Positions 1 to 12,827 of a stretch of 64,000 bases of DNA are shown here, piece after piece (within the stretch, counting starts at the first letter, position 1; the number at the start of each line of letters is the position of its first letter). Both the position numbers and the translations under genes were made by a program. The DNA is taken from the NCBI RefSeq assembly GCF_963921235.1, contig NC_086097.1:212848001-212912000 (forward strand), in the 5' to 3' direction. This stretch comes from Mobula hypostoma (lineage: Eukaryota). The notes beneath the pieces are model-generated. The model was not told where the DNA came from, did no database searches, and saw only the letters and a list, made by a program, of their open reading frames with translations.

Positions 1-3000
1 ATAAACCCACAGACTCTCACAGACTGTCACGTGTGAAAACACTATCCCCTTCTCTCAATTCTTCTGTCTGCATCATATCTTCTCTCAAGCTGAGGCTTTT
101 CACTCCAGAACAAAGGAGATGTCCTCCTTTTTCAAAGAATGGGGCTTCCTTTCCTCCACAATCAATGCAGTCCTCAACCGCATCTCTTCCATTTCACACA
201 CGTCTGCTCCCATTCCATCCTCCCACCACCCAACCAAGGATAGGGTTCCTCTTGTCTTCACTTACCATCCCACCAGTCCAACACATAATTCTCTGGAACT
301 TCTGCCATCTCCAACTGAATCCTACCACCAAGCACATCTTTCCCTCTCTGCCCCCCATTTTCTGCTTTCCGCAGGGATCACTCCCTATGCGACTCCCTTG
401 TCCATTCGTTCCTCCCCACTGATCTCCTGCCTGGCACTTATCCTTGCAAGTAAAATAAGAACAAGAACAAACAGTAGCCTAGATATAGGGTGCAAGTTGA
501 ATCAAGAGTTAAAATTGGCATGTCACAAAGGTAATTCTACAGTTGTTATGTGGGATTTCAACATGGGGGTAGGCTGGTAAAAATCAGGTTGGGACTGGGC
601 CCCAAGAAAGGGAGTTTGTGGAGTGCTTATTTAGGTACGTGAAGAGGAAAAAATTAGTTAAGACAAAAGTTGGGTCCTTGAAGACGGAAACGGGTGAGTT
701 TATTATGGGGAACAAAGAAATGGCAGACGGGTTGAACAGGTACTTTGGATCTCTTTTCACTAGGGAAGACACAAACAATCTCCCATATGTAATAAGTGGC
801 CAGAGGACCTAGAGTAATGGAAGAACTAAAGGAAATTCACATTAGGCAGAAAATGGTGTTGGATAGACTGATGGGACTGAAGGCTGATAAATCCCCGGGA
901 CCTGATGGTCTGCATCCCAGGGTACTTAAGGAGGTGGCTCTAGAAATTGTGGACGCATTGGTAATCATTGTCCAATGTTCTATAGATTCAGGATCAGTCC
1001 CTGTGGATTGGAGGGTAGCTAATGTTATCTCACTTTTTAAGAAAAGAGGGAGAAAGAAAACAGGGAATCATAGACCAGTTAGCCTGACATCAGTGGTGGG
1101 GAAGATGCTGGAGTCAATTTTAAAAGATGAAATAGCGGCACATTTGGATAGCAGTAACAGGATCGTTCTGAGTCAGCATGGATTTACGAAGGGGAAATCG
1201 TGCTTGACTAATCTTCTGGAACTTTTTGAGGATGTAACTATAAAAATGGACAAGGGAGAGCCGGTGGATGTAATGTACCTGGATTTTCAGAAAGCCTTTG
1301 ATAAGCTTCCACATAGGAGATTAGTGGGCAAAATTGGAGAACATGGTATTGGGGGCAGAGTACTGACATGGATATGAAATTGGTTGGCAGACAGGAAACA
1401 AAGAGCAGGGATTAACGAGTCCCTTTCAGAATGGCAGGCAGTGACTATTGGGGTACCGCAAGGCTCGGTGCTGGGACCGCAGCTATTTACAATATACATT
1501 AATGATTTAGATGAAGGGATTAAAAGTAACATTAGCAAATTTGCAGATGACACAAAGCTGGGTGGCAGTGTGAAATGTGAGGGGGATGTTATGAGAATGC
1601 AGGATGACTTGGACAGATTGGGTGAGTGGGCAGATGCATGGCAGATGCAGTTCAATGTGGATAAATGTGAGGTTATCCACTTTGGTGGCAAGAACAGGAA
1701 GGCAGATTACTATCTGAATTGTGTCAAGTTAGGAAAAGGGGAAGTACAATGAGATCTAGGTGTTCTTGTTCATCAGTCACTGAAAGTAAGCATGCAGGTA
1801 GAGCAGGCAGTGAAGAAAGCTAATGACGTTTTGTTCTTCATAACAAGGGGAGTTGAGTATAGGAGCAAAGAGGTCCTTCTGCAGTTGTACAGGGCCCTGG
1901 TGAGACCAAACCTGGAGTATTGTGTGCAGTTTTGGTCTCCAAATTTGAGGACATTTTTGCTATTGAGGGAGTGCAGCGTAGGTTCACGAGGTTAATTCCC
2001 GGGGTGGCCGGACTGTCATATGTTGAAAGATTGAAGCGACTGGGCTTGTATGCACTGGAATTTAAAAGGATGAGAGGGGATCTGTTTGAAACATATAAGG
2101 TTATTAAGGGATTGGACACACTAGAGGCAGGAAACATGTTCCCAATGTTGGGGGAGTCCAGAACCAGAGGCCACAGTTTAAGAATAAGGGGTAGGCCATT
2201 TAGAACGGAGTTTAGGAAAAACTTTTTTTATCCAGAGAGTTGTGGATCTGTGGAATGCTCTGCCTCAGAAGGCAGTGGAGGCCAATTCTCTGGATGCTTT
2301 CAAGAAAGAGTTAGATAGAGCTCTTAAAGAGAGTGGAGTTAAGGGACATGGGGAGAAGGCAGGAACAGGGTACTGATTGTGGATGATCAGCCATGATCAC
2401 AGTGAATGGTGGTGCTGGCTCGAAGGGCTGAATGGCCTACTTCTGCACCTATTGTCTATTGTCTATAAGTGCTACATCTGCCCCACACCTCCTTCCTAAC
2501 TAGCATTCAGGGCCCCAAACAGTCCTTCCAAGTGAGGCGACATTTCTCCTGTGAGTCTGTTGGGGTTATACACTGTGTCTGGTGCTCCCAGTGTGAGCTC
2601 CTGTATATCAGTGAGACCTGACGTAGACTGGAAGACTGCTTCGCCAAGCACCTACGCTCTGTCTTCCAGAAGAAGCATGATCTCCCAGTGGCCACCCATT
2701 TTAATTCCACTTCCCATTCCCATTTTTGATATGTCCATCCATGGCCTCCTCTACTGTTGCGATGAGGCCACAGTCATGTTGGAGGAGCTACACCTTATAT
2801 TCTGTCAGGGTAGCCTCCAACCTGATAGCATTGACATTGATTTCTCGAACTTCCAGTAATGCACACCCTCTCCTTCTTCACCATTTCCCATCCCCTTCTC
2901 CATCTCTCACTTTATCCCCTTGCCTGCCCAGCACCTCCCTCTGGTGCTCCTCCCACTTTTTCTTTCTTCCACGGCCTTCTGTCCTCTCTTGTCAGACTCT

Positions 3001-3285
3001 CCCTTCTCCAGCCCTGTATTTTTTAACCAGTCAACTTCCCAGCTTTTTACTTCATTCCCCACCTCCCCGCTCTTCCCGGTTTCACCTATCACCTTGTGTT
3101 TCTCCCTCCCCTCCCCCGCCTTTTAAATCTACTCCTCATCTTTTTTTCTCTAGTCCTGCTAAAGGGTTTCAGCCTGAAATGTTGACACTACTCTTTCCCA
3201 TAGACGCTGCCTGGCCTGCAGAGATCCTCCAGAATTTTATGTGAGTTGCTTGGATTTCCAGCATCTGCAGATTTTCTCTTGTTTA
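1..3285 (+). mobile_element. Decayed Penelope-like element (RT C-terminus, GIY-YIG region, pLTR), interrupted by a CR1 at 460-2464
   Basis: Starts with KPTDSH-like sequence and has a DRVPLVFTYHP motif. GTYPCK (432-450) continues as KCYICPHT after 2467. A GIY-YIG-like segment, a pyrimidine-rich tract and the pLTR (3150-3285) follow. Confidence 0.8.
460..2464 (+). mobile_element. CR1 LINE, 5'-truncated, internally deleted, frameshifted ORF2
   Basis: APE motif VVMWDFN; RT motifs KSPGPDG, QHGFTKGKSC, YLDFQKAFD, GVPQGSVLGP, FADDTK; (CTATTGT)n tail. Probable TSD ATAAG at 455-459 and 2465-2469. Confidence 0.95.
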
Positions 3286-3371
3286 CTATCACAGCCTTAT
3301 GTTTCTTGCAGCAGTCTGTGATCTCGCTACAACTTTGTTCCTATAAATCCTGTGGTCTGTTGGATGGTTTA

Positions 3372-3945
3372 TAAACACAAAATAATCTGCAGATGCTGGG
3401 GTCAAAGCAACACTCACAACACGCTGGAGGAACTCAGCAGGTCGGGCAGCATCCGTGGAAACGATGAGTCGATGTTTCGGGCCGGAACCCTTCATCAGGA
3501 CCTACGAGGGAAGGGGCAGAGGCTCTATAAAGAAGGTGGGGGGAGGGTGGGAAGGAGAAGGCTGGTAGGTTCCAGGTGAAAAACCAGTAAAGGGAAAAGA
3601 TAAAGGGGTGGGAGAGGGGAAGCCGGGAGGTGATAGGCAGGAAAGGTGAAGAAGGAATAGGGGAAAACACAATGCGTAGTAGAAGGAGGTGGAACCATGA
3701 GGGAGGTAGTAGGCAGCTGGGGGAGGGGTCGGAGTGAAATAGGGATAGAGGAAGGGAGGGGGAGGGAACTACCTGGAGAATTCTATGTTCATACCAAGGG
3801 GCTGGAGACTACCTAGATGGTATATGAGGTTTTGCTCCTCCAACCTGAGTTTAGCCTCATCATGGCAGTAGAGGAGGCCATGTATGGACATATTCGAATG
3901 GGAATGTGAAGCAGAGTTGAAGTGGGTGGCAACCGGGAGATCCTG
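3372..3945 (-). mobile_element. Penelope-like 3' fragment with pLTR
   Basis: Reverse complement of the same GIY-YIG tail, pyrimidine tract and pLTR seen at 2690-3285. Confidence 0.8.
3468..3501 (-). ncRNA. Minimal hammerhead ribozyme motif in pLTR
   Basis: Minus strand reads GTC CTGATGA A GGGTTCCGGCCC GAAA CA TC GAC: core intact, AUC site. Confidence 0.6.
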
Positions 3946-4282
3946 TCAGTAGCTTCCTTTCGGTTTTCACTACTGTCAGTCATGCAAGTCCCAGGTGGAG
4001 ACTCAGGAATACCATCACACTTAGATGTGCAAGGGTTCTTCATTGCTTTTTCCATAACAATTTTGTTTCACCAGTCAGGGTTGTTAGCCCTGAGCTGTAC
4101 CCCTGAAGCTGGAGGACTGGTGGACCACTCATAGTCAGGCCTCTATCCTTTGACCTGTTTGGCATGGTGACCCTTCCAAGAGTGAAAGCCTAAAGCCCAG
4201 ACTCCAGCCAACATAGCTTTCCAAACCATTGAGGTACACAAACCTCCAAACCCAATGACAAGGCTGTGGTCCTCTTGAGGAT
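3945..4282 (-). mobile_element. RTE-clade 5' end / non-autonomous derivative
   Basis: Minus strand begins ACAGCCTTGTCATTGGGTTTGGAGGTTTGTGTACCTCAATG, resembling RTE 5' UTRs. Confidence 0.5.
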
Positions 4283-6030
4283 CTGTTGTCTCTGTACAAG
4301 CTTTTACTCACAGCTTTCCAGCTGGTCATCCACAGATAATGCTAGAACTGCAGGATCTGGCAGAGGTTAGTGAAGTGAGGCTCTCTCTGAATATGTTGAA
4401 TCAACAAATCTGATTGCTTTAGTATTGTCTTGAGCCTCCCTTTCTATGACCACTGCACACAGGTAAGGAAGGTAGATATGATCGGCTACAGTTACTAATC
4501 AGCCTTTGTGATTCAAATCTTAAGACCCCATGGAGAAATAATACTACTTTTATGATAACCTGCACTTCAACTGTAGTAGAGTTCCCATGCAAATACTCCT
4601 GAATCTCTTAACCCTTATCTGCAGTGAAATGTACGGTATTCTTCCCTAAAGCTTCCCCAAACTGTTGGCTAGTTTTTGCTATTAGACAGGAAAATGCCAG
4701 ACTTCCTATACAGCAGTGAACACAAAAGAATGATGATGCAACTTTCTTACCTCTCATTGGATTATCCGCCTCAGGCTGGCCCACAGTAAATGAGTTAAGC
4801 CCCAGATATTGCTTCGTTATTTACTGCTGTGATTATTGTGATCTTTCAGCCAGCAGAGGAATGAATTAGTCCAATCAAGTACAGTAGATTCATTAAGGAT
4901 CCTTGCGGACAAGAGTAGAGATTGAAAGTGTAAACACCTGAGAAATCAGTATCATCTGGCAGTCACCTAACTCAGTCTGCCATTGCTTGGTCTACAGCTG
5001 TACTGTACAACAAGTGGCTGGGCAGATGAGTAGCCATGCTGCTTGGCCAACTTTCAAGGCGAAAATCAACACCCTGAAATCTAAAATCATGTACAAATGT
5101 AATATATGATTTGATAGACCAGCTGAACAAAGGCCTTGGGAAATCAATATTTTTGCATGGATAACCAACACAAACTTATTGTCGTGTACAGAGTTGGAGA
5201 TTAAAAAAGAACCAGCTGCGGTGCTAGCATTGCTGAAAATACTCACTGCAATTCTTTTTATATTTTTGTTTGCCTTTGCCGATGATTTTTCTGATGCATT
5301 TCAGTGATTGCATTTTGATAATATCAGCATCATTATGGGGCAAAGGAGTGGGAAAAAAATCTGGTACATTCCAATGGCCCATTCTACGGAATTGGGACTG
5401 GAAAGGTAGGGGGGAAATGCCAGAATAGGAGGATGGGGCAAGGTGAAGGAATACTAGCTAGTAGGTGATAGAAAGGTGAAGCCAGGTAGGTGGGGGAAGG
5501 GGGATGCACTAAGAAGCTGGGAGGTGATAGATAGAAAAGGTAAAAGGCTGATGAAGAAGGAATCTGATAGGAAAGAAAGTGGACCATGGGAGAAAGGGGA
5601 AGGAGGAGGGGCACCGGGGGATAGGCACGTGAAGGGAAAAGAAGGTGGGGGGATAGAGTGGGGAATTGAAGAAGAGGGAAGAGGGAGAGGAAAAGTTATC
5701 ACAAGTTGGAGAAATCAATGTTCATGCCATCAGGTTGGAGGTTTCCCAGATGGAGCATGAGGTGTTCTCCTAAACTGAGAGTGGCCTCATCGCCATGGCA
5801 ATAGAAGAGACCATGAACTGACATGCTGGAATGTCATTAGGGATTGGAGTTTAAATGGTTGGCCACTGTGAAATCATTCTTTTTGCTGATTGAGTGAAGT
5901 TACTGGACAAAACAATCCTGCAATTTCCGTCAGGTCTCACCAGCGTAAAGGAGGTTGCATTGGGAGCACATTAGACGATCCCAACAGATTCACACATGAA
6001 GTGTCGGTTCACCTGGAAGTACTGTTTGGA

Positions 6031-6119
6031 CAACACACATCAAAGTTGCTGGTGAACGCAGCAGGCCAGGCAGCATCTCTAGGAGGAGGTACAGTCGACG
6101 TTTCAGGCCGAGACCCTTC
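6031..6119 (-). mobile_element. 89-bp pLTR-only insertion (young family)
   Basis: TSD GTACTGTTTGGA at 6019-6030 and 6120-6131; near-identical to the copies at 15.7, 16.4, 40.6 and 53.1 kb. Confidence 0.9.
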
Positions 6120-6376
6120 GTACTGTTTGGAGCTCTGAATGGAGGTGAATGGGCAGGTGTAGCACTTCCACTTGCAGGGATGTGCCATTTGAGAGATTGA
6201 TAGGAGGGACGAATAGACAAGAGAATCGTGGAGGGAATGATCACTGTGGAATATGGAAAGTTGGGGGAGGCAAAGATGTGTTTGGTGGTAGGATCTCATT
6301 GAAGATGGCAGATACCTGCCAGCTTATACTTCTTCCCCTCCCTCACCTTCACTTTCTGGCTTTTTCCCTTCCTTCC

Positions 6377-6414
6377 CAGTCCTGATGAAGGGTCTTAGCC
6401 CGAAACATTGACTG
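6377..6414 (+). ncRNA. Minimal hammerhead ribozyme motif in pLTR
   Basis: CAGTC CTGATGA A GGGTCTTAGCCC GAAA CA TT GACTG: 5-bp helix I, intact core. Confidence 0.6.
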
Positions 6415-6840
6415 TGCATATCTCTCCATAGATGCTGTCCAACCTGTTGTGCTCCTTCAGCATTTCATGTGTGTTGTTCCCTGATAGTGATTACTTTTCA
6501 CACATTTGTTATGACTCAGATAATCCATGCAACATCTCCATCTCCTCAACAAAGGGCCACAGTAACTAGGGTGCAGTGAGTTAACATATCAATCTGTCAT
6601 GGGTCAGGATTCAAGAACTTTCCACAAATCAGGAAATAATAAAGGATATACAGAAGGAGTTTGTTGCAACATACATTGTTCCATCTCTCATCATCCTCTC
6701 CAATTAATCCAATGGCAATTCTCATGAAATTCTCAAGGTTTAAATCATTGATATAGAGTGTTTTAGTTGCAAACAAACAATAGATTCAAAGGCAACTAAA
6801 TCACTGTACTAACAAACCAATTTATTGCCTTCTTTTTTAG

Positions 6841-6988
6841 GGTTACCAAAATTACTATGATGACACATGATTACAGAGGCCCTGTTTCAGTTCTATGGAC
6901 TGCAGATACCCACTTGGATGATTATGACGAGAGCTTGCCTTGGAAATTCCAGCATATGACCATGATACCTTACAATGAAAGACTGTAA
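6841..6988 (+). CDS. Candidate terminal coding exon of an unidentified host gene
   Basis: Acceptor TTGCCTTCTTTTTTAG| at 6840 in unique sequence. One frame gives VTKITMMTHDYRGPVSVLWTADTHLDDYDESLPWKFQHMTMIPYNERL*; an alternative gives GYQNYYDDT*. Protein not recognised. Confidence 0.3.
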
Positions 6989-7479
6989 TGTGGCCACAGA
7001 GAAGAGATGAGAGCATTGCCCGAGAGACATTTATGGGAGGAGAAAGGCTGACCTCCTGAGAGGAGACAGCGTTTACACACTCCACAATACAATGAAACTA
7101 TCCTGGGATTTGAAACAAATAGACTGTGTATTAATTGTGACAAGATTTTTAAATATGGCTCTGAGTAGGAACAAGCTAATCCAAACTTGGTTTAGGAAGA
7201 GTGATCAGGTGAAAATTGTAGGGATAAATTCATTAAACAATTAGTGAGGTCGTGAGTGGGAATTCAGCACCTGTCAAAACCATCAAAGACATAATCAGCC
7301 ACTACAGAGCCTCACTAATGCGCTGGCTGGCACGTTTCAGAAATGTTTCTGATCATGGGTTTGCATGAATGTGTGAGTGTGTACAACATGCACTTGTCCC
7401 TCTATGTTTGTTTGTGTGTCTCTCTGTCTGATTTGTTTTCCTTCATTCATTTTTCAAAATTTTGGCACAACTGGCAAGA

Positions 7480-7507
7480 CTATTATTATTATCATTATTA
7501 TTATTAT
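7480..7507. repeat. (TAT)n microsatellite
   Basis: tattattattatcattattattattat. Confidence 0.9.
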
Positions 7508-8023
7508 CCAGCCAAGTTACCCTTGGGCAGGTGGCAGTGAGTCACGTGCTGCTGGAGAGAGTTCCAGGAGTTTCTGCCCAGTGGTGATAAAGGGATGACA
7601 CATACTGGCAAGTCAAGACGGTGTGTGACATGCAGGGAAACCTGCAGAGATGAATATTCTCATGAAGATGAAGCCCTTGCCCTTGTTGCTGGTCAAGCTC
7701 ATTAGTTTAGAAGATACTGTGGAAGAAGCCTAAGTGAATTATTTAAACAAGAACCATTTTTCTTGCTTTGTTTTCCCCCTGTCCACCATTAAAAAAGCAG
7801 CTTATGCAGTCCTAGGACTGACTGGTTTAGTGAGCAGGAACACTAGTGTGAAGTCACGATGACGAGCCTTTGCTGCTGCAGGAAAATCAAGGAGAGTCTA
7901 CCAGAAACCACACAAAAAAGCCCCTTTTCACCACAATCATGAACCAATTGCAAAACTTTCTTCAGCACAACAGCTTGAATACCTGGTGTTTAACTATTTT
8001 ATGATCCGTGATTTTACATTTTA

Positions 8024-8684
8024 AGGCGAACGGTATGCTGGCATTTATAGCGAGAGGATTCGAGTACAGGAGCAGGGAGGTACTACTGCAGTTGTACAAG
8101 GCCTTGGTGAGACCACACCTGGAGTATTGTGTGCAGTTTTGGTCCCCTAATCTGAGGAAAGACATCTTTGCCATAGAGGGAGTACAAAGAAGGTTCACCA
8201 GATTGATTCCTGGGATGGCAGGTCTTTCATATGAAGAAAGACTGGATGAACTGGGCTTGTACTCGTTGGAATTTAGAAGATTGAGGGGGGATCTGATTGA
8301 AACGTATAAGATCCTAAAGGGATTGGACAGGCTAGATGCAGGAAGATTGTTCCCGATGTTGGGGAGGTCTAGAACGAGGGGTCACAGTTTGAGGATAGAG
8401 GGGAAGCCTTTTAGGACCGAGGTTAGGAAAAACTTCTTCACACAGAGAGTGGTGAATCTGTGGAATTCTCTGCCACAGCAAACTGTTGAGGCCAGTTCAT
8501 TAGCTATGTTTAAAAGGAAGTTAGATATGGCCCTTGTGGCTACAGGGGTCAGGGGGTATGGAGGGAAGGCTGGGTTCTGAGTTGGATGATCAGCCATGAT
8601 CATAATAAATGGCGGTGCAGGCTCGAAGGGCCGAATGGCCTACTCCTGCACCTATTTTCTATGTTTCTATGTTTCTATGTTTCT
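8024..8684 (+). mobile_element. Young CR1 3' fragment
   Basis: Uninterrupted ORF2 C-terminus (LVRPHLEYCVQFWSP, RVVNLWNSLP) and (TTTCTATG)n tail; near-identical to the 44.5-kb copy. Confidence 0.97.
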
Positions 8685-8695
8685 ATAACCCTTTT

Positions 8696-9319
8696 GTAGT
8701 GGTGGTTGGCATCCATCTGTCTTGAGGGAGAACGGGTAATGATGATCATCATCACAAGCCTGGGCGGAAGGTATGATGATCCTGAGATGCCCAGTCGTCA
8801 AGATCCCCCTCTCGGCCTCACCAGGGTAGTGCAAAGGAAAACCTATGAAGCAACACTCTTAGCACCAGTTTGGCTGCAGGAGCTGCCAGAAGGATGTTCA
8901 ATGATGCCCAGCTGCTTTAGGGACTCCAGTCTGGGTTTAGTCTTGTAGCTTCTGTCTCTCCCGAGGCTTCCCACAAGACAGTGGGGCTATTTACCCATAG
9001 GTGGGGATCTGGTTCACAAGCACCAGAGCATGTCCACAAACCGGAGGACCTGCGTGCTATATGTGCAGGGGTCAGACCTCCTCCCTGTCCTCTGTAGTTC
9101 AGCCTGAGTCCGAAAGGAGTTCAGTTTGTGTGTGTCACCAGCAAGGAGGCATTCCGAGGCTTACTATTGGAGAGGCTGTGTACTGGCAGGGAGAGACTTG
9201 AACATTCAGCTCTCCTTTTCACAAGACTGCTAGCCAGCGGTGGAAGCTGAAAATGAGAGGAACAGGCACTACCCACTACGCTACCACACTAGACGCTTCA
9301 GAACAGCCATTTTGACAGC
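8696..9319 (-). mobile_element. Non-autonomous retroelement, probably RTE-related
   Basis: 11-bp TSD ATAACCCTTTT at 8685-8695 and 9320-9330; partial similarity (reverse complement) to 37480-37560. Confidence 0.7.
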
Positions 9320-10339
9320 ATAACCCTTTTAAATTCACATTAAGTTAAGTGCAGAGGCCTTCATGCTAGTTAGTGCTCTTGATAGGATTGCATTATTTGA
9401 GCCTAGTGCTGAAATTACTTTGATAACTTGCTCCATTTCCAAATCACATCTTACAAAACCCTATTAACTTCTTTGAATTACATATAACTTTCAGACACCT
9501 CCATCTTCACACCAGCACTCCAGACAGCCCAGATGAATGTTAATCCCCACTGACACTGGGCCGAATTCATTCATACGCAGGCAACTGAGGTCAAATGGAG
9601 TGTTTCTTTGTTTGCAATTAACCCCATTCTGCAGCTCCAAAAACATCATTGTTCCGGGTGCATTTAAAACTCAATCTACATCCACGTTCAGTTCTGAAGA
9701 CTGCTTGCTGTTGAAATTAGCATTTGCTATATGCCATAACTCCAGAATCCGTCGTAACAGTTTTCTCTCTGTCTACCATTAAAAGAGCAGCTCCTGCACT
9801 CCCAGCACTGACTGGTTTAGTGAGCTGGAATGTTGATGTGAAGAGTCTTTGCTGTTGCAGGAAAATCAAGAAGAGTCTACCAGAACCCAAGTTAGGTGAC
9901 CATTTAAGGAAACTTTGGCTATTCCAAACATAGAAGCTCAATTTCACCACCATCATGAACCAATTGCAAAATTTTGCTTCAACAAAACAGTTTGAATACC
10001 TGGGATTTAACCACCTTATGATCCGGGATTTTACATTTTTATAACTCTTTAAACCCTTTAAAGTGCAGAGGCCTTCGTGCCGATTAGTACTCTTGTAAAA
10101 CTGGATTATTTGAGCCACGTGCTGAAATTGCTTTGATAACTTGCTCCATTTCCAAACAACACCTTATAAAACCCTATTAACTTCTTTGGGATACTCTCAA
10201 ACTCATGTGAAAGACCGGATTATTCATGTTATTATCTTGAACTGTCCTTGTGGTTTTACTGATTCACCGGAAAGATGCCAGGATTTAAATTGTTAAATTA
10301 TGGGAGTGGGAGGCATGAACATGGATTGTATTCCCTTGA

Positions 10340-10700
10340 ATATAATCTATGCTGGATTGTATTCTGGTTTCTTCTTCCTTCTTTTCCAGTCCTGGTGAAG
10401 GATCCTGGCCCAAAATATCTACTGTTCATTCGCTTCCATAGATGCTGCCTGACCTGCGTGTGGTTAAGGCATTGGACTGGTGATCTGACGATCGCGAGTT
10501 CAAGCCTCAGCCGAGGCAACGTGTTGTGTCCTTGAGCAAGGCACTTAACCACACATTGTTCCTGCACGTTTATAGCCCAGCGGCGGGGGTTGGTGCAGTA
10601 TGGACAAGACAAGGCAAGACAAGACCTGCTTGGTTCCTGTAGCATTTTCTGTGTACGTTGCTCTGGATTTCCAGCATCTGCAGAATCTCTTGTGTTTGCT
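10340..10700 (+). mobile_element. pLTR insertion, split by a SINE
   Basis: TSD TTCCCTTGA at 10331-10339 and 10701-10709; degenerate hammerhead at 10387-10425. Confidence 0.8.
10458..10622 (+). mobile_element. tRNA-derived SINE with (GACAA)n tail
   Basis: A-box-like GTGTGGTTAAGG, B-box GAGTTCAAGCC; TSD GACCTGC at 10451-10457 and 10623-10629. Confidence 0.9.
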
Positions 10701-10731
10701 TTCCCTTGAGTTTAGAAGACAGAGACGCAAA

Positions 10732-10780
10732 ATGATAAAGGAGTTCGATGAGAGATGATAAAGGAGTTCGATGAGAGATG
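10732..10780 (+). repeat. 23-bp exact tandem duplication
   Basis: ATGATAAAGGAGTTCGATGAGAG x2. Confidence 0.95.
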
Positions 10781-10885
10781 TACAGAATTTGTATTTCCTT
10801 TGTGGTGAATGAATCCAGGATTAGAAGCCATATATCTTAAAATTAGTGCTCAAGTATTGAAGGTTGAGATGAGCAAATACATTAT

Positions 10886-12827
10886 CATAGAACACAGAAA
10901 ACCTACAGCACAATACGGCTCTTCGGCCCACAAAGCCGTGCTGAACATGTCCTTACCTTAGAACTACCTAGGCTTTACCCATAGCCCTCTATTTTTCTAA
11001 GATCCATGTAACCATCTAGGAGTCTCTTAAAGGACCCTATCGTTTCCGCCTCAGCCGCCACCAGCAGCCCATTCCACGCACTCACAACCCCCTGCGTAAA
11101 AAAAACTTACCCCTGACATCTCCCCTGTACCTACTTCCAAGCACCTTAAAACTGTGCCCCCTCATGCTAGCCATTTCATCCCTGGGAAAAAGCCTCTGAC
11201 TATACACACGATCAATGCCTCTCATCATTTTATACACCTCTATCTGGTCACCTCTCATCCTCTGTCGCTCTAAGGAAAAAAGGCCAAGTTCACTCAACTT
11301 ATTCTTATAAGTTGTGTTCCCCAATCCAGGCAACATCCATGTGAATCTCCTCTGCACCCTTTCTATGGTTTCCACATCCTTCCTGTAGTGAGGTGACCAG
11401 AACTGAGCACAGTATTCCAACTGGGGTCTGACCAGGGTCCTATATAGCTGCAACATTACCTCTCAGCTCTTAAACTCAATCCCATGATTGATGAAGGCCA
11501 ATACACTGTATGCCTTCTTAACCACAGAGTCAACCTGCGTAGCAGCTTTGAGTGTCCTATAGACTTGGATCCCAAGATCCCCCTGATCCTCCACATTGCC
11601 AAGAGTCTTGCCATTAATGCTATATTCTGCCATCATATTTGACCTACCAAAATGAACCACCTCACACTTATCTGGGTTGAACTCCTTCTGCCACTTCTCA
11701 GCACAGTTTTGCATCCTATCGATGTCCCGCTATAACCTCGGACAGCCCTCCACCCTATCCACAACACCTCCAATCTTTGTGTCATCTGCAAATTTACTAA
11801 CCCATCCCTCCACTTCCTCATCCTGGTTATTTATAAAAATCACGAAGAGAAGGGGTCCCAGAACAGATTCCTGAGGCACACCACTTGTCACCGACCACCA
11901 TGCAGAATATAACCCGTCTACAAGCACTTTTTGCCTTCTGTGGGCAAGCCAGTTCTGGATCCACAAAGCAATGTCCCCTTGGATCCCATGCCCCCTACTT
12001 TCTCAATAAGCATTGCATGGGGTACCTTATCAGATGCCTTGCTAAAATCCATATACACTACATCTACAGCTCTACCTTCATCAATGTTATTAGTCACATC
12101 CTCAAAAACTTCAATCAGGCTCGTAAGGCATGACCTACCTTTGACAAAGCCATGCTGACTATTCCCAATCATATTCTACCTCTCCAAATGTTCATAAATC
12201 CTGACTCTCAGGATCTTCTCCATCAACTTACCAGCCACTGAAGTAAGACTCACTGATCTATAATTTCCTGGGCTATCCCTACGCCCTTTCTTGAATAATG
12301 GAACAACATCCACAGCCCTCCAATACTCCGGAACCTCTCCTGTCCTCATTGATGATGCAAAGATCATTGTCAGAGGCTCAGCAAACTCCTCCCTCGCTTC
12401 CCACAGTAGCCTGGGGTATATCTCGTCCGGTCCCGGTGACTTATCCAACTTGATGCTTTCCCAAAGCTCCAGCACATCCTCTTCCATCATCAAGCTTTTC
12501 AGTCCGCTGCAAGTCATCCCTACAATCGCCAAGATCCTTTTCCATAGTGAATACTGAAGCAAATTATTCATTGAGTACCTCTGCCATCTCCTCCGTTTCC
12601 ATACACACTTTTCCACTGTCACACTTGATTGTTCCTATTCTCTCACATCTTATCCTCTTGCTCTTCAACTACTTGCCTTGGGGTTTTCCTTAATCCTGTC
12701 CACCAAGGTCTTTTCATGGCCCCTTCTGGCTCTCCTAATTTCATTCTTAAACTCCTTCTTGCCAGCCTTATAATCTTCCAGATCTCTATCATTACCGAGT
12801 TTTTTGAACCTTTCATAAGCTCTTCTT
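10886..12827 (-). mobile_element. CR1 LINE (second subfamily), frameshifted ORF2
   Basis: KSPGPDEIYPR, QHGFVKGRSC, FADDTK, LVRPQLEYCAQFWSP; same subfamily as 48255-50177. Confidence 0.95.

Larger units (their letters stand above)
5388..6480 (-). mobile_element. Old Penelope-like element (minus) with an inverted plus-strand pLTR arm at ~6310-6480
   Basis: HPCKWKCYTCPFTS on the minus strand, purine-rich tract, then pLTR in the opposite orientation. Confidence 0.75.
7771..10188 (+). repeat. Diverged ~400-bp direct duplication (copy 1: 7771-8023 plus 9331-9476; copy 2: 9761-10188)
   Basis: Shared blocks ACTGACTGGTTTAGTGAGC, ATCATGAACCAATTGCAAAA, CTTTGATAACTTGCTCCATTTCCAAA and AAAACCCTATTAACTTCTTTG occur in the same order. 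Confidence 0.9.

Noticed and set aside
5247..5313. Minus-strand exon MQSLKCIRKIIGKGKQKYKKNC with a GTGAGT donor
   Set aside because: No convincing acceptor or promoter, and no recognisable homology.
10458..10530. tRNA gene (also 16095-16169)
   Set aside because: A/B boxes are followed by a SINE body and tail, with a TSD in the first case; there is no proper acceptor stem.
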